Source: Thermoplasmata archaeon UBA184 (lineage in GTDB: Archaea; Thermoplasmatota; Thermoplasmata; Lutacidiplasmatales; UBA184). From it: DNA of 64,000 nt. The translations under genes were made by a program, and so were the position numbers. This document shows positions 19,792 to 30,659 of the stretch, one piece after another. The stretch lies in assembly GCA_002495185.1 (NCBI GenBank), contig DAEB01000040.1, forward strand, positions 29,184 through 93,183, read 5' to 3'. How positions within the stretch are numbered: the stretch's first letter is position 1; the number at the start of each line of letters is the position of its first letter. Below the pieces are notes generated by a model that ran no database searches, was not told where the DNA came from, and saw nothing but the letters and a program-made list of their open reading frames with translations.

Positions 19792-22260
19792 GTGGAGACA
19801 AAGAGTGGCACCGATCTCAACGGTGGGCTGCCCGAGCGGAGGAGGGTCGATGAGCCCTGGTCGCCGGCTCGAGCCACTCGACCCGAGCCACCAACGACCC
19901 CGGGACCCCGAGGGATGGTAGGGATGAATCCCCCGCCGGATTCGTCCCAGGAGACCGAGAAAGGTCGAGCGACCGACTCGGAGACAGGCGAGCGCGTCGC
20001 GGGCCTCCTTCCACGGCCCGAGGGTCTCCTGCTGCTCCTCGTCGTCACGGCCTTCTCCCTGCTGTACACGGGGCTCAGCTTCCTTCGATACACCGAATTC
20101 TACGCCGAGAACTGGGACCTCGGAATCAACATGCAGGCGGCGTGGACGAACGACCACGGCTACTTCGCCTTCAGTTCTGCTCTCTCCGAAGGCGTCCGGG
20201 CGCAATCGTTCTACTTCATCCACCCGGCCTACCTGATGTACCCCGTTTCTTGGGTCTACAACCTGGCGCCCTACGCGCTCACGCTGTTCGCGATCCAGGC
20301 GGTGGTCCTGGCCTCGTCGGCGATTCCCCTCTACCTCCTGGGTCGACAGGCGGCCGTGCCCCCGAAGATCGCGTTCGCGGGGATCGCGATCTACCTCGCC
20401 TCTCTCCCCATCCTCTCCGGATTCCTGTTCGACTACCACTGGGAGGCGTTCATTCCCGCGTCGTTCCTTTGGACCTTCTACCTGTGGGGGAAGGGCCGCT
20501 ACTGGTGGGCCGCGCTCCCGGCGACGCTCGGTCTCTTCACGATCGAGGTGTTCGCCGCACTCCTTCTCGCGATCGCCGCATACTTTGCCTGGCCCTACAT
20601 TCGCGCCCTCTTCACGCCTCCGAGGAAGCACTGGGACCAGGTCCGGAGGACCCTCGCCGGTCCGGCACGACCTCTCCTCGGCCTCGTCGCGCTGGCCATC
20701 GTAGGATTCCTCGGGCCCGTCTTCGTGGCGTGGTACTGGCTTCCCTCACTGACCGGCGCGACCCCGGTGTTCCCGCCGCCTCCCCCACACAACATCATCG
20801 GCATTCCGTACTGGGGCGTCTCCGCTTCGAACCTCGGACCTCGCCTGTTCTACTGGCTCATCCTTCTCTCGTCGTTCGGGTTCCTTCCCCTCCTTCACCG
20901 GCAGAGGCTGCTGATCCTGAGCATTCCGTGGGTCCTCTACTCGGTGGTGATGACCCCCAACCCCGCGTTCACTCTGATCCGGTATCACTACTCGTTGATC
21001 GCCGTGGCTCCGCTCGCGATCGGATTCTTGGAAGGATTGGGTGCGATGACCCGCTCATCCGACCGCGAGTCGGTCGCGGGGCTGCCGTTCTGGGGCTGGC
21101 TGGTCCTCCTCGTGCCCGTCTTCGTGGTCGGAGTGATCGCACCTCTCACGTTGATTCGACCGACGACCACGGACCTCTGGGTCGGCCTCGGGATCGCTCT
21201 CTGGGTGCTGGTCGGCTTCTTGGCGATGCGATTCGTCGCGCGCCGGAGGGCATCGACCCCCCCTCGAGACCCCCGCGGAACGGGGCCCGGCCCGGCGAGG
21301 CGTCGCACCGCTCTCCGGGTGACGCTCATCGTCTCCCTCGTCGTGCTGGTCTCGAGCAATATCGCGCTCTCCCCGCTGAATCCGGCGACGTTCCTCGGCC
21401 CGGGGGAGGCGAGCTACTCGTTCACCTACTCGCCGAGTCCGAGCTTCGACCAGATGCCCGGGCTCCTCTCCCACATTCCCTCCGGAGCTTCGGTCTTCGC
21501 ATCGGACAACCTCTTCCCGTTCGTCGCCAACAACCCGCGGGCGTACTCCACGTTCTGGTATCCGGGTCCGATCCCCTATCTTCCGTTCAACGCGTCGAAT
21601 CTGCCGGAGGTCGTCCTCCTGAGCTCGACGCAATGGTTCCTCCCAACGTTCCTGAACGGGGTGCTGTTCAACCAGAGCGTCTACGGGCTCGTCTACGTCA
21701 TCTATGGGAACCAATACCCCGGGTCGATCTTCCTCTACGAACTGGGGTATTCCGGTTCGAGCCACGTGGTCGAGGCAACACCATTTCCGGCGACGACCGT
21801 CCTCTGCGGCAATGATCTTGCGATCGGTCCGTCGGGCTCGGTCGCTCCGCTGTCGGGATCCCGATGCGGGAGCATCATCGAGAGCCGCCCGGCCACGAAC
21901 CTTTCGGGGAACAACGCCACGATCTGGTACGGGCCGTACTCGGACCTGCTCCCGGGCAACTACACCGTCAAGATCTCCCTTCGGGGGGAGTTGAGCGGCC
22001 CCGGGCCGGCCAACTCCGCCGTGCTGGTCATGAACGCCAACGCGGCGGGGGTGCCCTACTGGTACGACGTGGTGGTCTACGAGAATCAGATCTCCCCGAC
22101 GCAGTGGACCAACCTGACGTTCCATTTCTCGCTCGGCGCCCCCCGACCGCTCGCCGAGTGGCGAGGCTACCTCGCCGGTGCGACCGTCAGCGGGACGTTC
22201 GTCCCGGGAAGCTGCCAGCTGAACTACATCGAGGTCGACTACACGTCCGGACCGTACTGA
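19792..22260 (+). CDS. DUF2079 family membrane protein (putative GT-C), paralog of 13373-15679
   Basis: WDLG, DYHWE, ASDNLFPFVAN and IWYGPY motifs shared with the paralog. Start uncertain. Confidence 0.8.
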   Translation: METKSGTDLNGGLPERRRVDEPWSPARATRPEPPTTPGPRGMVGMNPPPDSSQETEKGRATDSETGERVAGLLPRPEGLLLLLVVTAFSLLYTGLSFLRYTEFYAENWDLGINMQAAWTNDHGYFAFSSALSEGVRAQSFYFIHPAYLMYPVSWVYNLAPYALTLFAIQAVVLASSAIPLYLLGRQAAVPPKIAFAGIAIYLASLPILSGFLFDYHWEAFIPASFLWTFYLWGKGRYWWAALPATLGLFTIEVFAALLLAIAAYFAWPYIRALFTPPRKHWDQVRRTLAGPARPLLGLVALAIVGFLGPVFVAWYWLPSLTGATPVFPPPPPHNIIGIPYWGVSASNLGPRLFYWLILLSSFGFLPLLHRQRLLILSIPWVLYSVVMTPNPAFTLIRYHYSLIAVAPLAIGFLEGLGAMTRSSDRESVAGLPFWGWLVLLVPVFVVGVIAPLTLIRPTTTDLWVGLGIALWVLVGFLAMRFVARRRASTPPRDPRGTGPGPARRRTALRVTLIVSLVVLVSSNIALSPLNPATFLGPGEASYSFTYSPSPSFDQMPGLLSHIPSGASVFASDNLFPFVANNPRAYSTFWYPGPIPYLPFNASNLPEVVLLSSTQWFLPTFLNGVLFNQSVYGLVYVIYGNQYPGSIFLYELGYSGSSHVVEATPFPATTVLCGNDLAIGPSGSVAPLSGSRCGSIIESRPATNLSGNNATIWYGPYSDLLPGNYTVKISLRGELSGPGPANSAVLVMNANAAGVPYWYDVVVYENQISPTQWTNLTFHFSLGAPRPLAEWRGYLAGATVSGTFVPGSCQLNYIEVDYTSGPY

Positions 22261-22284
22261 GCGGCGACCCGCCTCCCACGGTGA

Positions 22285-23325
22285 CTAGCCCCTCTCCGAG
22301 CGTTCCACCTCCCGGGCGTACAGCCATCGACCGAACCCGGGGGCGACGGTGAAGAGCCAGAGAGCGCGTCGCAATCGCGTCTCGGACCGCACGAAGTATG
22401 TCCGCTTCTGGCGAGCGAGGTCTCGACGCAGACGGGCGAACTCCTCCCTCGGCGTGGTCGGTTCTCGAAGGGCCTGGTACGCTCGTTGCACGGCGAGAAC
22501 GCCGTCGGCCTCCTCCGTTGCGCTCCGGTCGCCCGTGGCGCGCACGGCCTCCGCCAGCCTCGCGTAGCTCGGAAGGAAGAGCTTCGAGAATCCGGCGCGG
22601 CCCGCCAGCGGGGAAACGCCGGTCCGGACGTCGAGCGAGATGTTGCGGGGGTGGATCCGATACTCGGTCAGAACCTCGGGCTCGATACACAGGTCGAGCG
22701 GTGACGTGAGCGCCGCAAAGAACACCAGCCCGTCGAGCAGGCGGTAGCCGGCCAGGTCCATCCCCCGGACGAACGGGGTGACGACCTCCTTGCGGACCGC
22801 CATACTGCTGCTGTTGAAATCGATGCCGAGATCCGGAAGCTGGCGGAGCTGCTCCACTCGGCCGGGGCCCGAGAGCACGATTCTTCCCGAGCGGACCGAG
22901 TTCCTTCGCTGGCGGGCGCGGAACTCGCTGTTCGGCAACTCGTTCCCGGCCGCATCGATGACCGCGTAGTTGTTCCGGCAGAACCCGATCCTCTCGCTCG
23001 ACCGAAAGAGCGTTGCGAGAGCGCGAAGCCGCTCGGGACGGTATCGATCGTCGTCGTCCAGAAACGTGAGGACCGTCCCTCGGCTTGCCTCGACCCCCGC
23101 GCGAATGGCCGGCCCGATATCGCCGGGGTCCACCGGAACCGACCGTCCGTTGAGGGCCTGGACGGCCCGCTCGAGCGGTTCGCTCTCATAATCGCGGACC
23201 ACGACGAGCTCGAACTCGGATGGGTCCAGGGTTTGCCGACGCACCGATTCGACCGCTTCGAGAACGTAGTCCGGATGGCGAGATGCCATCACGATGACGC
23301 TGATGTACGGGTCGGTCGGGGTCAT
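22285..23325 (-). CDS. GT2 family glycosyltransferase
   Basis: ISVIV, FLDDDD, FNSSSM and YRIH motifs. Paralog of 18445-19485. Confidence 0.9.
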   Translation of the reverse strand: MTPTDPYISVIVMASRHPDYVLEAVESVRRQTLDPSEFELVVVRDYESEPLERAVQALNGRSVPVDPGDIGPAIRAGVEASRGTVLTFLDDDDRYRPERLRALATLFRSSERIGFCRNNYAVIDAAGNELPNSEFRARQRRNSVRSGRIVLSGPGRVEQLRQLPDLGIDFNSSSMAVRKEVVTPFVRGMDLAGYRLLDGLVFFAALTSPLDLCIEPEVLTEYRIHPRNISLDVRTGVSPLAGRAGFSKLFLPSYARLAEAVRATGDRSATEEADGVLAVQRAYQALREPTTPREEFARLRRDLARQKRTYFVRSETRLRRALWLFTVAPGFGRWLYAREVERSERG

Positions 23326-23448
23326 TCGTCGAAATCCGCTATCCCCTCGACCGCTTGAGGCTGCTCGGGCATCGGACGGACCGCGGCGCGACTCCGGGAG
23401 TCTCCCCCGCCTCCGGTGCGAGACCTCGATCGATGCGATGGGGAGAGG

Positions 23449-24522
23449 CTACAGCCGGAGCCGGCACGCGTCGCCGACCAGAAGCTCGATCTCCTCCGGC
23501 ACCGGTGCGACCGCCCGGAGGTCGACGTACCGGCCGATCAGGGAGTCTCGCAACCGGACGGGTCCCGAGATTCGAGCTCCTTCGAGGACGATGCTTCGAC
23601 GGATCGCGCACCCGTTCAACTGGACCCCGTCTCCGATCGACGTTCGGGGGCCGATCTCGGTCCGGCTGCCGACCCGAACGTCACGCCCGATCACCACCGG
23701 CCCGTGAACCGATGCCCCCGATTCGATCACCGAATCCTCTCCGAGCGCGACCGGGCCCTTCAACGTGGCCCCCGACTCCACGGTTCCGAGGACTTCGAAC
23801 TCCGCCCCGGGGCGTGAATCGAGCACGAGGTCGTTCGCATGAAGGAGGTCTTCGGGCGCGCCCGTGTCCTTCCACCAACCGTGAACTCGCTGGACCACCA
23901 CGCGGTCGCCCCGCTCGACGAGCGCTCGGATCGCGTCGGTGATCTCGAGCTCTCCTCGTGCGGAGGGCGCGAGACGGGCGATCACGTCGTGGACCTTCGG
24001 GGAGAAGACGTACACCCCCACGAGGGCCTGGTTCCCCTTCGGGTTGCGGGGCTTCTCCTCGATCGACACGATCTTCTTTCCCGAGAATTCGACGATCCCG
24101 TACTGGTGGGGGTCGGCGACCGTCGTCACCCCGATCACGGCGTCCGCACGCTCGCTCTCGAAGAGCTGGAGGAACGACTCGAGGCCATGCTCGAGCAGGT
24201 TGTCGCCGAGGTACATCACGAACGGCTCTTCCGCGAGGAACGAGCGGGCACAGAGGACGGCGTGGGCCAACCCCTTCGGTTGACCCTGGTTGATGTACGT
24301 GACCTCGAGCCCGAACGCGGCACCGTCCCCCACTGCCTCTCGAATCCCTTCGTGGATCGGACCCAGCACGATCCCGACCTCGGAGACCCCGGCGCGCGCG
24401 AGCTGCCGGAGCCCGTAGAAGAGGATCGGCTGGTTCGCGATAGGGATCATGTGCTTGTTCCCGGTCGAGGTCAGCGGGCGAAGGCGCGTTCCGTGGCCGC
24501 CGGCGAGGAGAAGCCCTTTCAT
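23449..24522 (-). CDS. rmlA: Glucose-1-phosphate thymidylyltransferase (long form)
   Basis: LAGGHGTRLRPLT, YLGDN, EKP, RGELEITD and WKDTG motifs, with a C-terminal hexapeptide LbH region. Confidence 0.92.
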   Translation of the reverse strand: MKGLLLAGGHGTRLRPLTSTGNKHMIPIANQPILFYGLRQLARAGVSEVGIVLGPIHEGIREAVGDGAAFGLEVTYINQGQPKGLAHAVLCARSFLAEEPFVMYLGDNLLEHGLESFLQLFESERADAVIGVTTVADPHQYGIVEFSGKKIVSIEEKPRNPKGNQALVGVYVFSPKVHDVIARLAPSARGELEITDAIRALVERGDRVVVQRVHGWWKDTGAPEDLLHANDLVLDSRPGAEFEVLGTVESGATLKGPVALGEDSVIESGASVHGPVVIGRDVRVGSRTEIGPRTSIGDGVQLNGCAIRRSIVLEGARISGPVRLRDSLIGRYVDLRAVAPVPEEIELLVGDACRLRL

Positions 24523-24742
24523 GGACCCATCTCCGGAGGCAAGACCCCTTCTAAGCGTTCGCCAAGACGGCCCGCGCCTGCTTGTCCCCCGGCCCCCGAC
24601 GGACCCGCGGTCCGCCTCGGTCGGAGCGTGGGAATCGTTTTTACGGCGAAGCGCGACATGGGGCCTCGTAGGCGGCTGTGAAGGAAGTTCCTGTCCCGGT
24701 CCGGGACCCCGATGACACCCCGATCTTCGCCCGAAGGGGTCG

Positions 24743-26071
24743 ATGTCCGAGAGCGTAGGAGCGGCGCCGGCATCGCAGCCGCCATCGGGACTCAAGCGCG
24801 TGCTCGTCTTCCCCGGGGGGACGGAGGTCGGTCTCGAGATCTGGCGCTCGCTCCGCTGGCACCGACAGGTCGAGCTGTATTCGGCGGGGGCACCGGTTTC
24901 CAACCACGCCCCCTACGTGTTCGCGCGGCACTTCGAGGTGCCGATGGTGACCGACCCCCGCTGGTTCCCGATCCTGAAGGAGATCGTGGAGCGGGAGCGG
25001 ATCGACTTCATTTTTCCGGGCCATGACGACATCGTCGAAGCGCTGGCCCAGCACCGAGATGACCTTCGCGCCCTCGTCGTGACGTCCCCCACCGAAACCT
25101 GCGAAACGTGCCGATACAAGTCGCGGACGTACGATGCGCTCTCGGGCGTCGTCCCGATCCCCCGCCGGTACTCCGCCGCCGCCGAGGTCGACGCGTTCCC
25201 CGTGTTCGCCCGGCCCGACCGCGGTCAGGGCTCCCAGGACGCGCATCTCGTCGCGGACGCGTCCGAGCTGGAGGCGCTGCTGCTTCGCGCCCCCGGCCGC
25301 TACATCGTCACGGAGTACCTTCCGGGCGAGGAGTTCACGGTCGATTGCCTCACGGACCGAGAGGGGAGGCTGATCTACTGCGCCGGGCGCCGTCGCATTC
25401 GCGTTCGCAACGGCATCTCGGTCGACACCGTGACGGTGGACAATCCGACGTTCCAGGAGTATGCGACGGCCATCAACCGTCGCCTTCGGCTTCGGGGGGG
25501 CTGGTTCTTCCAGGTGAAGTTCTCGAAGCAAGGGACCCTCACGCTCCTCGAGGTCGCGCCCCGCATCGCGGGGGCGATGGCCCTGGACCGGGTGCGCGGA
25601 GTGAACATCGCCCTGCTGAGCTTGTTCATCGTCCAAGGGATGGACGTGGAGGTGCTGCCGAACCCGATGCCGGTCGAGATGGACCGGGCGCTCACGAACC
25701 GGTATCGGTTCGACCTCCGATTCACTCGGGCGTACCTCGACCTGGACGACTCGCTGATCGTTCGGGGTCAAGTGAACACCGAGCTCGTCCAGTTCCTGTT
25801 CCAATGCGTGAATCGCGGGGTTCGCTTGACGCTCCTCACTCGCCACGCGGGAGACCCGCTCGAAACCCTCCGTCGATTCCGCCTCGCCGGCGTGTTCGAC
25901 GAGATACGAACCGTGCCGGCGGGAACGCCGAAGAGCTCCGCGATCGATCAGACCCGCGACGCGATCTTCATCGATGACAGCTTCGCCGAGCGGCGGGAGG
26001 TCGCGCGGGCCACGGGCCTGCCGACCTTCGACAGCAGCATGGTCGAGCTTCTTCTCGACGACCGGTCCTGA
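24743..26071 (+). CDS. ATP-grasp domain protein fused to a C-terminal HAD-like domain
   Basis: EYLPGEEFTVD and LLEVAPR (ATP-grasp); YLDLDDSL and FIDDSFAER (HAD motifs). Confidence 0.8.
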   Translation: MSESVGAAPASQPPSGLKRVLVFPGGTEVGLEIWRSLRWHRQVELYSAGAPVSNHAPYVFARHFEVPMVTDPRWFPILKEIVERERIDFIFPGHDDIVEALAQHRDDLRALVVTSPTETCETCRYKSRTYDALSGVVPIPRRYSAAAEVDAFPVFARPDRGQGSQDAHLVADASELEALLLRAPGRYIVTEYLPGEEFTVDCLTDREGRLIYCAGRRRIRVRNGISVDTVTVDNPTFQEYATAINRRLRLRGGWFFQVKFSKQGTLTLLEVAPRIAGAMALDRVRGVNIALLSLFIVQGMDVEVLPNPMPVEMDRALTNRYRFDLRFTRAYLDLDDSLIVRGQVNTELVQFLFQCVNRGVRLTLLTRHAGDPLETLRRFRLAGVFDEIRTVPAGTPKSSAIDQTRDAIFIDDSFAERREVARATGLPTFDSSMVELLLDDRS

Positions 26072-26133
26072 ATCACCCACCGGGCCGGTGGCCCACGAAC
26101 GCCCTTATCTGCGGCAGGGACCTTTGAGCGAGG

Positions 26134-27255
26134 ATGGGCCACCGCAGGTCGAAGAAGCCGGTGCTACCGGTGACCCTCCCGAGCCTTCCGCCGTTCGAAG
26201 AGTACACCGAGCTCCTTCGGGAAGTCTGGGATACCCATTGGCTGACGAACCAGGGGCCGCTCGCCGACCGTCTGGAGGCGGGCCTCCGGCGGTACCTGCC
26301 GTCCCCGCACGTCGACGCGGTGACGAACGGCACGCTGGCCCTTCAACTGAGCTACCGAGCGGTCTTTCCCCGCAAGGGAGTGGTGATCACCACCCCCTTC
26401 ACGTTCGCGGCGACGACGACATCTCTCGTCTGGGAGGGCTACACGCCACGGTTCGTCGACATCGACCCGGTCACTTTCAACCTGGACCCGGCTCTCGTCG
26501 ACGCCGCCCTCCGCGACGATGTGGTGGGGATCGTCGCGGTCCATGTCTTTGGGAACCCGGCGGGCGGCCCCGCGCTGTCGCGGCTCGCGGCCTCACGGAA
26601 CGTGAAGCTGGTGTTCGATGCGGCTCACGCCTTCGGGGTCCGGACCCGCCCCGTCCCCCTCTGGTCGCTGGGGAACGCCTCGACGTTGAGCTTCCACGCC
26701 ACGAAGAGCTTCCACTCCTTTGAGGGCGGCGCGGTCGTCACCTCCGAGGCGAACGTCTCGCGCCGGGTGCGCCGTCTTCGGAACTTTGGGCTCCGGGGCC
26801 CGGAAGAGGTCGTGGAGGCGGGCATCAACGCGAAGTTGAACGAAGCTCAGGCCGCGATGGGCCTTCTCAACCTCCGATACATCGATGGCTGGATCCGCCT
26901 CCGCAAGGAACGCTACGACCGGTACCGCTCCGAACTCGAGGGGACGGGCGGGGTCCAGTTCCAGGAGCTGGCAAAGTGCCGCTACAACTACACGTACATG
27001 CCGATCCTTCTGCCGACGAAGAGGCTTCGGGACCGCGTCGCCCGCGATCTGGAACGCTCCGGAGTCCGCCCGCGCAAGTACTTCTTTCCCCCGACGCACG
27101 TCGCGCCGTATCTCCGTGGGTCGAGGAGAGCGTCCTGCCCGGTCGCGGAGAGCGTCTCCTCCCGTGTCCTCTGCCTGCCGCTCCACCCTGCCCTTGGGGT
27201 TTCGGACGTCCGCCGCATCTCGGCGATCGTGCGGACGGTCGTTCAGGGTCGATAG
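26134..27255 (+). CDS. DegT/DnrJ/EryC1/StrS aminotransferase (VioA-like)
   Basis: NGTLAL, TPFTF, DAAHAFG and SFHATK (PLP lysine) motifs. Confidence 0.92.
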   Translation: MGHRRSKKPVLPVTLPSLPPFEEYTELLREVWDTHWLTNQGPLADRLEAGLRRYLPSPHVDAVTNGTLALQLSYRAVFPRKGVVITTPFTFAATTTSLVWEGYTPRFVDIDPVTFNLDPALVDAALRDDVVGIVAVHVFGNPAGGPALSRLAASRNVKLVFDAAHAFGVRTRPVPLWSLGNASTLSFHATKSFHSFEGGAVVTSEANVSRRVRRLRNFGLRGPEEVVEAGINAKLNEAQAAMGLLNLRYIDGWIRLRKERYDRYRSELEGTGGVQFQELAKCRYNYTYMPILLPTKRLRDRVARDLERSGVRPRKYFFPPTHVAPYLRGSRRASCPVAESVSSRVLCLPLHPALGVSDVRRISAIVRTVVQGR

Positions 27256-27335
27256 CCCTCGGAGCTCCCGTGCGGACGCGGGCGGCTCGAGACTTTACTA
27301 ACACCGGTGTCTGTGGCCCGGTCAGGTAGGCAACG

Positions 27336-28310
27336 GTGAAGGTAGTCCTCACGGGAGGCGCCGGCTTCATCGGCTCGAACTTGGCCCATCACTGGGCCGC
27401 CCGGCACCCCGAAGACACCGTGCTCGTGGTGGACGCCCTCACGTACGCCGGTCGCCGGGAGTCCCTCGCGGACCTGAACCATCGGCCCGGCTTCTCGTTC
27501 TTGAAGGGGGACATCACGGACCCCCACGTCTGGGACGAGGCCCTTCCGGGCACCGACCTCGTGCTGCACCTGGCGGCGGAGACGCACAACGACCGGGCGA
27601 TCGCGGACCCGCTCGTCTTCGTCCGAACCAACGTCCTCGGGACCGCCCAGCTTCTCGAGGGATGCCGCCGGCACGACGTGCCGAGGTTGCACCACGTCTC
27701 CACGGACGAGGTGTTTGGCTCCCTCGCCCTCGACTCTCCCGACCGATTCGACGAGAACTCCCCCTACCGGCCCCGCGGGCCTTACTCCGCATCGAAGGCG
27801 TCCGCCGACCACCTCGTCCGCGCCTGGTCCGAGACGTACGGGCTCGCGTACACCCTTTCGAACTGCGGCAACAACTTCGGTCCCTTTCAGCATCCCGAGA
27901 AGTTCATTCCCCTCGCGATCACGAGAGCCCTCCGGGGAGGCCGCATCCCGTTGTACGGGGACGGGAAGAACGTACGAGACTGGATCTACGTCATCGATCA
28001 CTGCGAGGCGGTCGACCTCATTGCCCACCGCGGCCAGGTCGGTTCCACCTACCTGGTTTCGGCCGAAAACGAGCTCTCGAACCTCGAGGTCCTGAGACGC
28101 CTACTCGCTCTTCTCGGAACGGACTGGAAGATCGTCGAGCACGTCACCGACCGGCCCGGCCACGACCGAAGGTACGCTCTCGACCCCGGCCGTTTGAAGG
28201 CGGAGCTAGGATGGCAGCCTCGATTCACGTTCGACGAGGGGCTCGAGGCCACGGTCGAATGGTACCGTGCCCACGAGACGTGGTGGTCTCCCCTCCTCGC
28301 TCCGTCGTAA
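27336..28310 (+). CDS. rmlB: dTDP-glucose 4,6-dehydratase
   Basis: GGAGFIG, HLAAETH, STDEVFG, YSASK and DRPGHDRRY motifs. Confidence 0.95.
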   Translation: MKVVLTGGAGFIGSNLAHHWAARHPEDTVLVVDALTYAGRRESLADLNHRPGFSFLKGDITDPHVWDEALPGTDLVLHLAAETHNDRAIADPLVFVRTNVLGTAQLLEGCRRHDVPRLHHVSTDEVFGSLALDSPDRFDENSPYRPRGPYSASKASADHLVRAWSETYGLAYTLSNCGNNFGPFQHPEKFIPLAITRALRGGRIPLYGDGKNVRDWIYVIDHCEAVDLIAHRGQVGSTYLVSAENELSNLEVLRRLLALLGTDWKIVEHVTDRPGHDRRYALDPGRLKAELGWQPRFTFDEGLEATVEWYRAHETWWSPLLAPS

Positions 28311-28398
28311 GTTCGTTGACCCCCGCGACGCCGAGCCCCCGAGTGCCGCGCGGGCTCGGATTGTGGCACGCTTAAGTCCTGCCTGACCGACGGGTATA

Positions 28399-29934
28399 TT
28401 GGTTCGACCTCCGATCCAGGAAGGTCGCCGGGTACCAGTTACGCGGAGCTCACGGGAGGTGCCGTTCCGGCCCGACGTCGTGGTCGTCGTGCTCGATTGC
28501 GTACGCGCCCAAGACTGCCCGGGCGGAGCCGATCCCGCCCCGAACTTGCCCGTGATGCAAGGACTTCGCCACGACTCCGTCGTCTTCCCGAAAGCCGTGG
28601 CTCCGGCGCCCTGGACCATTCCCTCGCACTTTTCGATCACATCCGGGCTCTATCCCTGGCAGCACGGGGTCCACGCCCAGAATCGGCTCGTGCCTCGGGC
28701 GGGGCTCCCCTCGACGGTTCGCGACCTTCGGTGCTCGGGCTACAGTACCGCGTTGTTCTCGGCCAATGCGTTCTTGGGATCCGATTCCGCCTTCGACCGC
28801 GACTTTGAGCTCTCGACGGTCGCGACGCCGAGGGAGCTCCTGGTCCGGCGAGCCCCCCACTCCCGTTCCAAGCCCAAGAGGAGAGGCTCCCAAGGTGGCA
28901 GGCTTCTCGGGTCCGAGATCATCGGGAATCCGGTAGGTAGGATCCTTCGACGGTACCCGTTCCTGTTCGACGTGGTGAATCGGACCTACCGCCAGGTCCG
29001 GCAGCTGAGCGGACCGCCGGTGGTGGCGCCCTGGATCGAGCCCGCCTTCCGAGAATGGCTGCGAACGGTGCCCCGGAGCCAACCGCTCTTCGGAATGGTC
29101 AACTTCCTCGATGCCCACGAACCGTACATGACGGACCCCGAGTCCACCCGGAAGCTCACCGATTGGTTCCGGGAGGCCCGGATCTCCCAACGGGCGTGGA
29201 GGTATCTGGGAGATTCGAGGGCGGAGAGTCGTTCGCTCAGCCAGCTCTTCCGGAGGTTGTACCAACGGACCCTGAGCACGCTCGACCACCGGGTCGGGAA
29301 CCTGATTCGAGCGCTCAAGGAGGCGGGTCGGTGGGATTCGACCCTGTTCGTACTCACCAGTGACCACGGTCAGGCACTGTTGGAGAAGGGATTCTTGTTT
29401 CATGGAACCCGCCTCGACGAGGAGATCGCTCGGGTTCCCCTGACCGTACGGTTCCCCTCGGGGTCCCACGGTGGGTCCACGGCGAAGGGGTGGGCGAGCC
29501 TGGTGGACATCCTTCCTACGATTCATCACGCCGCTGGTTTGGCGGTGCCGAGTTCGTGCGAGGGACGCGACCTGGTCGACATGCTCGACCGCGAGCGGGA
29601 GGATGCGGTCTACTCCGTCGGAGACGGGGTGTTCGACCTGCAATCGGCCACGCGGTTTCTGCCCCGAACCACGCTCGATACTCTGAACACCTTGAGCGCG
29701 GCCGTCTATCGGAACGAGTTCAAGGTGCGGTTCCATCGACACCCTGACACGTTCGAGGTCTACAATCTTGAAAACGACCCGGGCGAAACGAACAACCTCT
29801 GGCCCCTAGAGGAACCGCTCGTCCGAGCGGCCGGCCAAGAGGCGCAACGGGTCGTCGAGATCATGTCCCACACGGATGCGGGCCGGCGGGACCGGAGCGT
29901 CGCCGCGCGACTCGCATCCTGGGGCTACCACTGA
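28399..29934 (+). CDS. Sulfatase-like (alkaline phosphatase superfamily) hydrolase/transferase
   Basis: VLDC, WTIPSH, DAHEPY, SDHG and C-terminal RLASWGY. Start uncertain. Confidence 0.85.
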   Translation: MVRPPIQEGRRVPVTRSSREVPFRPDVVVVVLDCVRAQDCPGGADPAPNLPVMQGLRHDSVVFPKAVAPAPWTIPSHFSITSGLYPWQHGVHAQNRLVPRAGLPSTVRDLRCSGYSTALFSANAFLGSDSAFDRDFELSTVATPRELLVRRAPHSRSKPKRRGSQGGRLLGSEIIGNPVGRILRRYPFLFDVVNRTYRQVRQLSGPPVVAPWIEPAFREWLRTVPRSQPLFGMVNFLDAHEPYMTDPESTRKLTDWFREARISQRAWRYLGDSRAESRSLSQLFRRLYQRTLSTLDHRVGNLIRALKEAGRWDSTLFVLTSDHGQALLEKGFLFHGTRLDEEIARVPLTVRFPSGSHGGSTAKGWASLVDILPTIHHAAGLAVPSSCEGRDLVDMLDREREDAVYSVGDGVFDLQSATRFLPRTTLDTLNTLSAAVYRNEFKVRFHRHPDTFEVYNLENDPGETNNLWPLEEPLVRAAGQEAQRVVEIMSHTDAGRRDRSVAARLASWGYH

Positions 29935-30125
29935 CCGACGCCCCTCCCTCGTGACGGACACGACTTGTCGGCCGAGTCGCCCATCAATCCGGGAGCACGG
30001 CAGAAGGTGAGCCGACCGGCTGGCAATCCCCTCGCGAACTGCCGCCGGAGCTGCGCAGAGGGCTCCTCGAGAGGACTTTCCGGGTTCCAGACCTTTAAGC
30101 CCGCCGGGCTTCCTTTGTCTCCAGG

Positions 30126-30659
30126 ATGGCGGCCGCTGGCGGGACCCGAGCGAGCATCCGCGCGCCTCCGGCACGCACCATCTACGTTCTCCGAGAGCCG
30201 AGCGTGGGAACGAGGGTTCTGCGGGTCAGCCTCATCTGGGTGGTCATCGGCATCGTCATGGCGACGGCGGACGCGCTGTCGCCCCAGACGTTCGTCCAGG
30301 TCTCCGCGTGGTTGGCGCTCTTCTTCCTGGGAGTCCTGCTTTCGTTCTGGGCGGTCTTCAACCTCTCCCGAGCCGCCGCCGCCACGGGGGCCCTGGTCGG
30401 CACGTTTCTCGGTCCGTACAGCCTGACCTGGCAGCTCTGGGTCACGTACGTCAAGCACTGGAGCTCGTTCTTCCCGGTCCGGCTCTATCCCTTCACGATC
30501 GTCCTCGACGAGGGCGCCTGGTATCTCATGATGGCGCTCGGCTTCGTTCTCTTCGGCGTGTCGATCGCGGCCCTCGTCCGTCTGTCCCGGCCCCGGCCTT
30601 CGTACGTTCGAGTCCACCATGATACGGGGGAAGCCTATCGGCTGGGCGACCCCCCGTGA
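30126..30659 (+). CDS. Hypothetical 4-TM membrane protein
   Basis: Four hydrophobic segments; TTTAAG TATA-like box upstream. Confidence 0.6.
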   Translation: MAAAGGTRASIRAPPARTIYVLREPSVGTRVLRVSLIWVVIGIVMATADALSPQTFVQVSAWLALFFLGVLLSFWAVFNLSRAAAATGALVGTFLGPYSLTWQLWVTYVKHWSSFFPVRLYPFTIVLDEGAWYLMMALGFVLFGVSIAALVRLSRPRPSYVRVHHDTGEAYRLGDPP

